Origin: an uncultured Arcobacter sp.
Lineage (GTDB): Bacteria; Campylobacterota; Campylobacteria; Campylobacterales; Arcobacteraceae
Length of the DNA: 64,000 nt
Direction: 5' to 3'
Assembly (NCBI GenBank): GCA_965140705.1
Contig: OZ223300.1
Coordinates: 1,664,001 to 1,728,000 of the forward strand
Below the pieces are notes generated by a model. It worked only from the letters and a program-made list of their open reading frames with translations, did no database searches and was not told the DNA's origin. Shown here piece by piece: positions 9,424-19,457 of the stretch (the first letter of the stretch is position 1; every line of letters begins with the position of its first letter). Position numbers and translations under genes: made by a program.

Positions 9424-11475
9424 TTATGAAGCTTTAACTATACCTAATTCTTTTTCTTTTTTGATTTGTGCATTAATAATACCTAATACATCTAAAATCA
9501 ATCCGATGCTTCCATCACCTCTAACTGTTGCAGCACCTATACCTTGAACTGGTCTAAAGTTTTTATCTAAAGGTTTTACAACCACTTGATATTGATTTAA
9601 GAACTCATCAATAGCAATTGCAATTTTTGTGTTTCCTTGTTTTACAACAATCAACATTCCTTCTTCTAATTTATGATATGCAGGTTCTACTCCAAAAAGT
9701 TTATGAAGTTTTACAATTGGTATAAATTCTTCTCTTAACATTAATAAATCTTGTGCACCATCACCAATTTTTTTGATCATTTCTGAAGTTGGTTGTAATG
9801 ATTCAACAATAGAATTTAACGGTAAAATATATCTTTCTTCACCAACTGCTATGTCAAGACCATCTAAAATTGCAAGTGTTAATGGTAACATAATAGTAAT
9901 AGTAGTACCTCCACCTATTACCGTATCAAGATTAATAGCACCACCAAGTTTATGAATATTAGTTTTAACAACATCCATTCCAACACCACGTCCAGAGATA
10001 TCTGTAACTTGCTCAGCTGTTGAAACTCCTGCTCCAAATACCAACATTGCTTTTTCATTATCAGTCATTTTAGATAATTGATTTTCGTCAATCAAACCAT
10101 TATCTAAAGCTTTTTGAGCAACTTTTTCGCCATTAATTCCTTTACCATCATCTTCAATAGTAATTATCATCTGACCATTTGCTTGTTCTGCAGAGATGAT
10201 AATTTCACCCATTTCATTTTTTCCAGCAGCTACCCTATCTTCGGGAGTTTCAATACCATGATCCAATGAATTTCTAATGATATGCATTAAAGGATCTGTT
10301 AACCCTTCAATCATTGCTTTATCAATTTCAACATTATCACCAAAATGTTTAAAATCAACTTTTTTATTCAATTTTTTAGAAATATCCCTTACAACTTTTG
10401 GAAATTTTGAGTATATAGATTCCATAGGCACCATTCTTATACTCATAATAGAATCTTGCATATCTCTAATATGTCTTTCAAGTTGTTCTAATCTTTCATA
10501 TACCGAATTTTGTACTTTATTATCTTCAATTGATGATGTAAATTGTTTAAGCATTGCATTTGTAATAACTAAATCACCTACATTATTCATAAGTAAATCA
10601 ATCTTATCAAGATTTACTCTAATATTATTAGTTGCAGCAGTTGTTTTTTTCTCTTCTCTATTTCTAGTAGGAGTTGGTCTTGATGCTGCTGGCGTAGCTT
10701 TTACAGGTAGAGCAGCTTCTGGTTCTTCAGATGATTTTGCACTTTCAACTTTTTTTACACTAGGTTCTATTTTTTCTTCTTCTGGCACTTTTATAGTAGC
10801 TGTTGGAGTTATTTCCTCTGCATCATCAAAAAAACCAAAGTTATCATTATCTATTTCGTCATCATTTGAAATTTTAATTTTATCATTGAAAAATCCAAAA
10901 GAGTCATTTTCTAGAGAATCTTCAACATCAACGTCATCTTCAAATATTCCATAAGAAGTAGATTCTGTTCTTAGTAGTTCTTTATCACTACTCTCTTCAG
11001 AAGGTGTAGTTTCTGGAATAGTTTCTTCAGATACTTCCTCAATTGGTGCATCCTCTACAGCAGCAGAACCTTCCCCATTTATATAAGCTCTAATTTGAAT
11101 TAAAAGTTCAGAAGTCATTGATTCAAAAGTATTTCTATCTATATCTTCTGCAACTTCTAATTCTAGTATCTCTTTCATAACATCCATACAATCAATTAAA
11201 ACACCAGCCATTTCTGGAAGATATTCAATTTGATGATTTCTCAATTTATCCATCATATTTTCAACATCATGGGTAAATTCTGCAAATAAAGGAAGTTCTA
11301 CAGAAGCACCACTACCTTTAAGAGTATGTACATCTCTAAAAAGTTGTCCCATTTCATCATCAGTAAGTGATCCATTATTTTCAGCTTCTAACAAAACATT
11401 ATCAGCAGACTCAAAAAGTTCAATGGCTTCTTCTAAAAACATCTCTCTATATTTTGATATATCAAAACCAGACAT
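9424..11475 (-). CDS. cheA: chemotaxis histidine kinase CheA
   Basis: Hpt HTLKG, dimerisation domain, HATPase (RNSLDHG, DDGKG, SGRGVGMDVV), C-terminal CheW domain; no C-terminal receiver. Confidence 0.96.
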   Translation of the reverse strand: MSGFDISKYREMFLEEAIELFESADNVLLEAENNGSLTDDEMGQLFRDVHTLKGSGASVELPLFAEFTHDVENMMDKLRNHQIEYLPEMAGVLIDCMDVMKEILELEVAEDIDRNTFESMTSELLIQIRAYINGEGSAAVEDAPIEEVSEETIPETTPSEESSDKELLRTESTSYGIFEDDVDVEDSLENDSFGFFNDKIKISNDDEIDNDNFGFFDDAEEITPTATIKVPEEEKIEPSVKKVESAKSSEEPEAALPVKATPAASRPTPTRNREEKKTTAATNNIRVNLDKIDLLMNNVGDLVITNAMLKQFTSSIEDNKVQNSVYERLEQLERHIRDMQDSIMSIRMVPMESIYSKFPKVVRDISKKLNKKVDFKHFGDNVEIDKAMIEGLTDPLMHIIRNSLDHGIETPEDRVAAGKNEMGEIIISAEQANGQMIITIEDDGKGINGEKVAQKALDNGLIDENQLSKMTDNEKAMLVFGAGVSTAEQVTDISGRGVGMDVVKTNIHKLGGAINLDTVIGGGTTITIMLPLTLAILDGLDIAVGEERYILPLNSIVESLQPTSEMIKKIGDGAQDLLMLREEFIPIVKLHKLFGVEPAYHKLEEGMLIVVKQGNTKIAIAIDEFLNQYQVVVKPLDKNFRPVQGIGAATVRGDGSIGLILDVLGIINAQIKKEKELGIVKAS

Positions 11476-11487
11476 AATAACACCTTT

Positions 11488-11856
11488 CTATCTATTTAAA
11501 ACTATATTAACAGCTTTTAGTAATTGATCTGGAACAAATGGTTTTACAATCCAACCAGTAGCTCCTGCCGCTTTCCCTTTTGCTTTCATATCATCACTTC
11601 TTTCAGTTGTTAAAACTAAAATAGGTTTTGTTTTATATTTATCTACTTTTCTTAGTTCACCAATTAATGTCAATCCATCCATATTTGGCATATTAACATC
11701 AGTAATAATTAAATCAAAGTTATTTCCATTTGCTTTTTCTAAACCGTCTACACCGTCTACTGCTGCAATTACATCACTATATCCACCCTCTTTGAGAGCG
11801 TATGTTAACATGTCTCTTAACATAGTCGAATCATCCACTATTAAAAGCTTTGCCAT
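11488..11856 (-). CDS. cheY: chemotaxis response regulator CheY
   Basis: Single receiver domain VDDS/TDVNMP/LTT/KPF directly upstream of cheA. Confidence 0.9.
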   Translation of the reverse strand: MAKLLIVDDSTMLRDMLTYALKEGGYSDVIAAVDGVDGLEKANGNNFDLIITDVNMPNMDGLTLIGELRKVDKYKTKPILVLTTERSDDMKAKGKAAGATGWIVKPFVPDQLLKAVNIVLNR

Positions 11857-11926
11857 AGTATTTCCTTAATACGAAAAAATAATATTTATAAATAATAACT
11901 AAAGAACTATTAAATTAGTATAAAAA

Positions 11927-14104
11927 TCAAATATTAGCTGAAGCTAACTCAATTCTGTCTCTACTAACCTTTAATACTTTTAATTCTACCTTATCACCAA
12001 CACTTAAAACATCAGAAACATTTTTTACTCTCTCTTTAGATATTTTAGAGATATGTAACAACCCTTCACCACCTTTTGGCAGTTTCATAAATGCACCAAA
12101 ATCAACTATTCTCTCAACTACACCTTCTAAAACTTCTTCTTCTTTATATAAAGAATCAAAAATAATCTTTTCATTTTGTTTTCTTGAAGAAGCATTATTT
12201 GAAATAGTTTTTATATGTTCACAAGCATCTAAGACATTTTGTTTATTATCACCTGCTACTTTTACATTACCACTATCCCTATCTAAATCAATTGAAACAG
12301 AGAATTTTTCTATAATCTCTTTTATGGTAGAACCTGCTTTTCCAATAACTACCATTATTTTACTAGGATCAATTGCAAATTGTTCCATTAGTGGTAGAGC
12401 TGGGCTTGGAATAATTTCAGAAGATGCTTCTTCCATAAGATTTAAGATATGTTCTCTACCCTCTTTTGCTTGTAAAAGAGCCTCTTTTAAAACACTTAAT
12501 TCTATTCCACCAAGTTTAATATCCATTTGTAATGCAGTGATTCCTGTTTTAGGACCAGCAACTTTAAAATCCATATCTCCATCATGGTCTTCTAGTCCCA
12601 TAATATCTGTTAATACACAATGTTTATCACCTTCAACAACCATTCCCATAGCAACACCTGCAACTAAACCTGATATTGGTACTCCTGCTGCTTTTAAAGC
12701 TAAAGAACCACCACATACTGTTGCCATTGATGAAGAACCATTTGACTCTAAAATTTCAGATACTAATCTAACTGTATCTCCAAAATCTCTATCAATAGTA
12801 GCTTCTAAAGCTCTTTTACCTAAGTTACCATGTCCTAATTCTCTTCTTCCTACACCAAACATAGGTTTTGCTTCACCTACAGAAAATCCAGGGAAGTTAT
12901 AATGAACCATGAAGTTTTCCATAGATGTTGATTTTTCATTTAAGGTTTCAAACATTTGACCATCTTTAGCACCTGCTAATGTTGCCACAACTAAAGCTTG
13001 TGTTTCACCCCTTGTAAATAAACAAGAAGAGTGAGCAGATGGTAAAATATTTGTATCAATAGATATAGGTCTAACTGTTTTTAAACCTCTTCCATCAGCT
13101 CTTACATGTTCATTTATAATCATTGCTCTTACAACTTCTTTTTTTACAATTGAAACTGCTTCATAGACATTTTCAAAAGGGAATTCATTTGAAACACAAT
13201 ATTCATCTTGTGCAATTTTTTTAGCCAAATCTTTTAGTTCAGTTGCTCTTTCACTTTTAGCTAGTTTTTTAACAGCATCTTTTACATCATGCAAATATGT
13301 ATTTTTTACATATGTTATCAAATCTTCAGAAATTGTAAATTCAACTAATTCAACATCAAATTTTTCTTTACAAACATTTTCAAAACCACTTTCATATGTT
13401 GAATTGGCATCTTTTAAAGCTCTTTGTGCAATTGAAATAGCCTCAACTAATTCTTCTTCTGTCATTTCATTTGTTTTATGAACTTTTGAAAAGGCTTCAA
13501 TATCTACTTCTACCATATCTTCAGATGAAATAGATCTCATCTCAATCATAAGAAGTTCATCTTTTGACCCTGCTACATATAAGTCTAAAGTTGAGTTTAC
13601 CATATCTGTAACCTTTGGATCAACTACATATTCTCCATCAATTCTAGCAACTCTAACACCTGCAACTGACTTTTTCACAGGAATATTAGAAGTATATAAA
13701 GCAGCACTTGCTGCATTCAAAGATAGAGTTTGTAAATCAATATCTTTATCTGCACTTAAAACCATAACTGTAATTGTTGTAGGATAAACATAACCTTTTG
13801 GGAAAAGAGGTCTTAAACTTCTATCTATAATTCTTGATGTTAAAGTCTCTAATTCACTTGGTTTACTCTCTCTTTTGAAAAAACCACCTGGAATTTTTGC
13901 TGCTGCATAAGCTTTTTCAATATATTGAACTGTCAATGGAGTAAAATCTTCAGAAACAGGATTATCAAACTCACTTACAACTGTTGCTAATATAACTGCG
14001 TTACCACATTTCGCTAAAACTGATCCATTAGCTTGTTTTGCAACTTTATTAAACTCAAAAATCTCATCTTTTCCATTTAATTCAAACTCACATACTGTTG
14101 ACAT
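11927..14104 (-). CDS. pnp: polyribonucleotide nucleotidyltransferase
   Basis: Two RNase PH domains (SRIIDRSLRPLF, ESNGSSSMA, GDMDFKVAG), KH and S1. Confidence 0.97.
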   Translation of the reverse strand: MSTVCEFELNGKDEIFEFNKVAKQANGSVLAKCGNAVILATVVSEFDNPVSEDFTPLTVQYIEKAYAAAKIPGGFFKRESKPSELETLTSRIIDRSLRPLFPKGYVYPTTITVMVLSADKDIDLQTLSLNAASAALYTSNIPVKKSVAGVRVARIDGEYVVDPKVTDMVNSTLDLYVAGSKDELLMIEMRSISSEDMVEVDIEAFSKVHKTNEMTEEELVEAISIAQRALKDANSTYESGFENVCKEKFDVELVEFTISEDLITYVKNTYLHDVKDAVKKLAKSERATELKDLAKKIAQDEYCVSNEFPFENVYEAVSIVKKEVVRAMIINEHVRADGRGLKTVRPISIDTNILPSAHSSCLFTRGETQALVVATLAGAKDGQMFETLNEKSTSMENFMVHYNFPGFSVGEAKPMFGVGRRELGHGNLGKRALEATIDRDFGDTVRLVSEILESNGSSSMATVCGGSLALKAAGVPISGLVAGVAMGMVVEGDKHCVLTDIMGLEDHDGDMDFKVAGPKTGITALQMDIKLGGIELSVLKEALLQAKEGREHILNLMEEASSEIIPSPALPLMEQFAIDPSKIMVVIGKAGSTIKEIIEKFSVSIDLDRDSGNVKVAGDNKQNVLDACEHIKTISNNASSRKQNEKIIFDSLYKEEEVLEGVVERIVDFGAFMKLPKGGEGLLHISKISKERVKNVSDVLSVGDKVELKVLKVSRDRIELASANI

Positions 14105-14106
14105 AA

Positions 14107-14778
14107 TTATTTATCCTTTATATTTTTAATATCTTCAAAAGTTACCTCTTCTAATTCATTATAATAATAATTAATTGAGATAAAATGATCTAAACTCTCT
14201 ACATAATACAAGTCATCAGCAATAGATTCAATTGTTTGTATACTAGCATTTGGTAGTATAGGAATTGCAACTGAAACTGATTTTGCACCTAAATTAATAG
14301 CTGTTTTAATACAAGCCATCATTGTAAGTCCTGTATTTAATCCTTCATCAACAAGAAGAATATTTTTATCTTTTATATCTTTTATTCTTTCTCCTGATCT
14401 AAATTTACTTAATTTATTTAAAATCATACTTTCATATACATATTTTGACTTTGAATAAATAAAATCTAAACTTAAATCAAAAGAACGAGCAAGTTCTTCA
14501 TGAATAACAACCTCTTCACTCTCTGTTACAATTGCAATTTCACACTCTTCATTGTTTGGTGCCAATACTTTTTCAGTAAAAAGTATCTTAAATTGAGCAT
14601 CTAGTTTTTTAGCAATTATTTTTGCAATTGAAAATCCACCAAAAGATGAGGCAACAACTGTCCAATCTTCTAATCTCATTTTTTCTATTGGTAAAATCTC
14701 AATTAATTTATTTGCAGCATCTTCTCTGTTTTTGAAATATATTTTACTTCCACTACATCTTACTTCAAAATCTTCCAA
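14107..14778 (-). CDS. phosphoribosyltransferase-family protein
   Basis: FKNREDAA N-terminus; PRPP-loop-like LLVDEGLNTGLTM. Confidence 0.75.
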   Translation of the reverse strand: MEDFEVRCSGSKIYFKNREDAANKLIEILPIEKMRLEDWTVVASSFGGFSIAKIIAKKLDAQFKILFTEKVLAPNNEECEIAIVTESEEVVIHEELARSFDLSLDFIYSKSKYVYESMILNKLSKFRSGERIKDIKDKNILLVDEGLNTGLTMMACIKTAINLGAKSVSVAIPILPNASIQTIESIADDLYYVESLDHFISINYYYNELEEVTFEDIKNIKDK

Positions 14779-16875
14779 TTACTTATCCTCTTTTACTGTA
14801 TATTGTTGTTTTAGACCACCAATTGGTTTTAGAGTCAATTCAAGAAAAACTATATCCTGTCTTTTAGAATTTCTTATTGTTGAAGAAGATGGAGTTATCT
14901 CTTTAATATAACTTAAGTCCAAACTCCAACATTTATCATTAACTCCCAAAATAAAAGCTTGTTTATTTCTAAGTTTTTCTTCTATATTATAGTTCTCTTC
15001 ATATGTAAACTTATAGTCTTTATAAAAAGTAAATCCTGTATTTAAAGAATATGATTCCAAGTCTTCTTTTCCAGAATTTGGAGTATTTTTAGACATATAA
15101 TGAGTTGCATTAAAAAAATAATTTTCATAGTTAAATGAAAAACTTGTAGAAGATTCTGTTAATTTATTATCTAAATTACTATATACAATTCTATTTGAAA
15201 TACTTCCTAAGAAATAATTATATCTAATTTCATTCTCCAAGTCACCTAGTTCTGTATTATTAAAATCATCATAAATTATAGATTGACTAATTTTGTGATT
15301 AATTATCTCTTTTAAATCTTCAAGATCGGTCCATGATTGATTTAGGGAAAAAGTTATAGTTTTAGTTGTTTTTGATAAAGGAAAAGGAGATAGTTCACTT
15401 GAAGTATTAGTTAAAGGATAAATATCACCTTCAGATTTTACAACATTTGGTATTACAAAATCTGTATTAAAATTAATTGTATGAATTCCAGTATCATATT
15501 TTTTGACTAAGTTAGTATTTAAGGTAACTTTATGTCTATTTTCTATAAAAGTGGCATTTTTATAATTACCATTAGCATTTGAATAATTAATTTTTGATAC
15601 ACTAACTTCTTCTTGTAAAATTACTCTTAAATAATCATCAAACATAGAAAAGCTATAAGAAATAGGAACATTTAAATCAGTCTTTACTGCATCAATACCT
15701 GTTTGTCTTGTATAATTAGTAGTTTGTAAATCTGCTGAATATAAAAGTTTATCAAAAAATAAGTTATCACTAAAAGAGTGTAATTGAACTTGTGGCAATT
15801 GTTGCAAGGTAGTTTTATTAGAATCTAAATTTGTATCCATATAATGTCTTAAATATGTTCCAAAATAATAATCACTATTTTTATAATAATAATTAACTTT
15901 CGACTCTACTTTTCTCTCAACTGATGAATCTCTTTGACTACTATCCTCCAAATTGTAATATTCAATATCATTTAACCACTTGATTGAAGCATATAATCCA
16001 TCCTCACTATCATTTCCACTAAAAAGATTATTTCTAAGATAATCAATATTCCAACCAAAATGGTTATCATTTCTTAAAGAGTTTTCTTTTACATAATCAT
16101 CTTTTTCTTTAAAATATCCACTTCCAATTTTTAAAATAGAATCTGGTGAATCCGCATATCTATAATATGCATACATACCATATCCCCTATTTAGTCTTAC
16201 TTGTGGAATAAGTTCAACATCATAATTATCAGCAGGAGCTATAAAAATTGGTTGAGAGTACAAAAAACCTTCACTTGATGAATAACCAACTGTTGGTCGT
16301 AAAAGTCCAGTTCTTCTAGTTTTATCTGTTGAGAATCCTATATAAGGAGTATACATTACTGGAATATTTTTAATATAAAGCCTAGCATTATATGCATTTA
16401 GCCATTGATCTTTTGTATCATAATCTGCACTAGAAAATCTTATATTCCAAGCAGGATCAATACAATCACAACTTGACATTATTGAATCTTTAAAATGATA
16501 AGAGTCTTTTTCTTTATTTGCATCGTGAGAAGTTACCCATAATTGTGATTTATTATCTAAAAGAAGTATTGGGTTTTCTGTTACACTTTCATCATTTAAA
16601 TCAACAAAAGCATAATCACTTTGAGTTTGAATTATATTATCTTTTAGAATAACAACATCATCAAAAAGTTCTAAAGTACCATTTTCTTTGTCATAAATCA
16701 CTTTTTGTGCGGAGATATAATACTTAGGAGAAAATATTACTACATCACCCTTTGCTATTACTATGTTATCTTTACTATTTAGGTCATTAGACAGTATTTG
16801 AAGTTTTTCTTTTTGAAAATCTTTTGAATATAAACTACCAAGAAGTATTGGTAAAATTAGAAGTGTTTTATGCAT
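14779..16875 (-). CDS. lptD: LPS-assembly protein LptD
   Basis: Signal peptide, OstA-like N-domain, PVMYTPY...RRTGLLRP motif, beta-barrel-like C-terminus. Confidence 0.85.
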   Translation of the reverse strand: MHKTLLILPILLGSLYSKDFQKEKLQILSNDLNSKDNIVIAKGDVVIFSPKYYISAQKVIYDKENGTLELFDDVVILKDNIIQTQSDYAFVDLNDESVTENPILLLDNKSQLWVTSHDANKEKDSYHFKDSIMSSCDCIDPAWNIRFSSADYDTKDQWLNAYNARLYIKNIPVMYTPYIGFSTDKTRRTGLLRPTVGYSSSEGFLYSQPIFIAPADNYDVELIPQVRLNRGYGMYAYYRYADSPDSILKIGSGYFKEKDDYVKENSLRNDNHFGWNIDYLRNNLFSGNDSEDGLYASIKWLNDIEYYNLEDSSQRDSSVERKVESKVNYYYKNSDYYFGTYLRHYMDTNLDSNKTTLQQLPQVQLHSFSDNLFFDKLLYSADLQTTNYTRQTGIDAVKTDLNVPISYSFSMFDDYLRVILQEEVSVSKINYSNANGNYKNATFIENRHKVTLNTNLVKKYDTGIHTINFNTDFVIPNVVKSEGDIYPLTNTSSELSPFPLSKTTKTITFSLNQSWTDLEDLKEIINHKISQSIIYDDFNNTELGDLENEIRYNYFLGSISNRIVYSNLDNKLTESSTSFSFNYENYFFNATHYMSKNTPNSGKEDLESYSLNTGFTFYKDYKFTYEENYNIEEKLRNKQAFILGVNDKCWSLDLSYIKEITPSSSTIRNSKRQDIVFLELTLKPIGGLKQQYTVKEDK

Positions 16876-17311
16876 TTACAACCAATGTTTTTGAAATTTT
16901 ATCATGAAATGTTTGTCTACCATCGTTAAAAAATGCGAATATAAAGCCAATATAAAAAAACATTTCACTTAAAATTCTACCAAATGATCTTAACGCAGAT
17001 TGTATCAAACTTAATTTAGAAAAATCATCATAATCGATAATTTTTATTTTTGCCACTATTTTACCAAGTGTAGCACCATAATACCATACAAAAAATGTTT
17101 GATAAACAAACTTTAAAAATAAAACTTGAAAAACAAACTTATTCATTATAATTAAAACTGAATTTAAATCACTTCCATTATTAACAATTGTATCCCAAAA
17201 TATAGCTAATACAATAAGTGTAATTAACATATCATCAATTATAAAGGCTATAATTCTAGAATTAATTGTTGCAAGTTGAAAATTATCACTGTTTGTTTGT
17301 TTATCTATCAT
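16868..17311 (-). CDS. RDD family membrane protein
   Basis: SRIIAFIID, GATLGK, QTFHDKISKTLVV. Confidence 0.88.
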   Translation of the reverse strand: MIDKQTNSDNFQLATINSRIIAFIIDDMLITLIVLAIFWDTIVNNGSDLNSVLIIMNKFVFQVLFLKFVYQTFFVWYYGATLGKIVAKIKIIDYDDFSKLSLIQSALRSFGRILSEMFFYIGFIFAFFNDGRQTFHDKISKTLVVNA

Positions 17312-17315
17312 AAAA

Positions 17316-18584
17316 CTACTTTAATGCTTGATATGCGATATCTGTTCTACATTTTTTGCCAGCAAAATGAACTTGCCCACAAAGTGCATAAGCTCTATCT
17401 CTTGCTTGTTTTATTGTTGTACCAAAACCAACACAAACTAAAACTCTTCCACCCGTTGCGAAAAGTTTATCATCTTCTTTTTCAACTCCAGCATAAGAGA
17501 TATGAGTATTATTTAAGATATCCTCATCTACAATATCATCTACTATTATTTCAGCAGCTTCACTTGAACTATATGGATAATTTTTACTAGCCATAACAAC
17601 ACCAACACTAAACTCATCTTTAATTTTAATATCAAGTGAACTTAAATCTTTTGTTGCACCTTTATAAAAAAGTTCAGAAACAGGAGTTTCAAGTAATGGC
17701 ATCAAAATCTCACACTCAGGATCACCAAATCTTACATTATACTCTAAAATAATTGGTTCACCATTTACTACCATAACACCTATAAAAAGAACACCCTCAT
17801 ATGGAGCTCCTTCTTTTTTCATACCCTCTAAAGTTGGTTTAATAACTCTCTCTTCAACTTTTTTATAAATGTCGTCATTTACTAAAGGTGTTGGAGCATA
17901 AGCACCCATTCCACCAGTATTTGGTCCTGTATCACCATTCCCTATTCTCTTATGATCTTGAGCTGCTGGTAATATTTTATAATTTTCACCATCACAAATA
18001 GCAAAAATTGATAATTCATAACCATCTAAAAACTCTTCTACAACAACAAGGTTTCCAGCATCTCCAAAAGACTCGCCACTTAACATATTTGAAACTGCTT
18101 CTTTTGCTTCATCTTTTGATTGGGCGATTATTACACCTTTTCCCGCACATAATCCATCTGCTTTTACTACTATTGGTGTATTTTTCATATTATCAATGAA
18201 AGTATAAGCTTCCTTTTCATCACTTGTTTCTATAAAGGCAGCTGTTGGGATATTATATTTTTTTAATATATTTTTCATATAAACTTTTGAGCCTTCAAGT
18301 CTAGCAGCAGCACGACTTGGTCCAAAAATAGTTAAATCATTCTCTTTAAAGATATCTACAACTCCATCTACTAAAGGAGCCTCTGGTCCAACAATTGTTA
18401 AATCTATTTTATTATTTTTTGCCCATAAAGCTAATTCTTTATAATCTTTAATATTTATATTAGTACCTAAATTCTCTGTAGCCCCATTTCCTGGCATAAA
18501 ATATATATCGTGTTTATTCTCTTTAGATATAGCTAATCCAATAGAGTACTCTCTACCACCGCTACCAAGTATTAAAATATTCAC
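17316..18584 (-). CDS. purD: phosphoribosylamine-glycine ligase
   Basis: [42 protein letters not shown]; start reassigned to GTG 18584 behind SD AAGGA (the ORF-track extension runs into the 6S RNA). Confidence 0.96.
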   Translation of the reverse strand: MNILILGSGGREYSIGLAISKENKHDIYFMPGNGATENLGTNINIKDYKELALWAKNNKIDLTIVGPEAPLVDGVVDIFKENDLTIFGPSRAAARLEGSKVYMKNILKKYNIPTAAFIETSDEKEAYTFIDNMKNTPIVVKADGLCAGKGVIIAQSKDEAKEAVSNMLSGESFGDAGNLVVVEEFLDGYELSIFAICDGENYKILPAAQDHKRIGNGDTGPNTGGMGAYAPTPLVNDDIYKKVEERVIKPTLEGMKKEGAPYEGVLFIGVMVVNGEPIILEYNVRFGDPECEILMPLLETPVSELFYKGATKDLSSLDIKIKDEFSVGVVMASKNYPYSSSEAAEIIVDDIVDEDILNNTHISYAGVEKEDDKLFATGGRVLVCVGFGTTIKQARDRAYALCGQVHFAGKKCRTDIAYQALK

Positions 18585-18611
18585 TATGATTTTCCTTAAT
18601 AATTGTAAGTT

Positions 18612-18783
18612 ATCCAAGTAGCCGTTAACCATCAAACCGGCCCTAAAAGCCAAATCTAGCACATAAGAACTAATACTTTAGGAGCAGAAATACTAAAAGC
18701 AAACGCTGCACACCATATCGTTACATTACGCACAAAAAAACAGTATCGGACCCTCAACGATGGAAATCCCGAACTACTTAGAT
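18612..18783 (-). ncRNA. ssrS: 6S RNA (the epsilonproteobacterial 'purD RNA motif')
   Basis: GC-enriched ~172 nt upstream of purD; closing stem AUCUAAGUAGUU/GGCUACUUGGAU and CCAUCG/UGAUGG pair with G-U wobbles only on the minus strand; TAAAAT -10 about 6 nt upstream; position matches the known 6S locus of Campylobacter/Helicobacter. Confidence 0.85.
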
Positions 18784-18824
18784 AGTATTATTTTATCTAA
18801 TTATGATTGAATTAAAGATTAATT

Positions 18825-19457
18825 TTATTGAAATGTTTTTGCAAGTTCAATACATGCTTCAATTGATTGAGTAGGAGAAGTTTCATACTTTATATTTTTT
18901 GGCATATATTTTGCTGTTGTATTTCCAATTACAATAGCTTTATAACTCTCATTCCAAGATGTTTTTTCAAAAAAACATTTCACACAAGAAGGAGAAGTAA
19001 AAATTATAATTGAATTTAATGAAGGAGCTTTTATTTCATTTTTATTACAAATAGTTTTATACACTATTAACTCGTTGACATCTATTTTATTATCTTTTAA
19101 AATATTAAATAATTTTGAAACACTTTTCTCCCCTTTTACATACAAAACTTTTTTATTTTTTAATAAAGGAATTAGTTCATATGCAAAATTATCGCCATGG
19201 GAAGATATACCTGTAAAAACTACATTTGAGTTATATTTTTTCAAAATATCAGAAGTTTTTTTTGCTATAGCGTATGAATCCAAATTAGTCCAAGGCAAAG
19301 AGGCTTTATCAAGGGCATAAATGGCATTTTTTGATGTAAAAATCAAAGAATCATATTCCTGTAAATTTATATTAATATCTAAATACTCTATTTCAAAAAC
19401 AGGAAGACTTTCCACTCCTTCATATTTTGCATTTGAAAGTAAAACTATTTTATTCAT
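18825..19457 (-). CDS. hemD: uroporphyrinogen-III synthase
   Basis: LIFTSKNAI, VYKT, IIFTSPSCV, IGNTTA. Confidence 0.88.
   Translation of the reverse strand: MNKIVLLSNAKYEGVESLPVFEIEYLDININLQEYDSLIFTSKNAIYALDKASLPWTNLDSYAIAKKTSDILKKYNSNVVFTGISSHGDNFAYELIPLLKNKKVLYVKGEKSVSKLFNILKDNKIDVNELIVYKTICNKNEIKAPSLNSIIIFTSPSCVKCFFEKTSWNESYKAIVIGNTTAKYMPKNIKYETSPTQSIEACIELAKTFQ

Noticed and set aside
10277..10954. 225-aa plus-strand ORF
   Set aside because: Antisense shadow of cheA; Ser/Ile/Phe-rich with no motifs
12324..12902. 192-aa plus-strand ORF
   Set aside because: Antisense shadow of pnp
18585..18662. N-terminal extension of PurD in the ORF track
   Set aside because: It overlaps the 6S RNA; PurD homology and the SD point to GTG 18584
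18612..18783. Purine riboswitch upstream of purD
   Set aside because: No purine-aptamer core seen; rod-like fold and position fit 6S RNA
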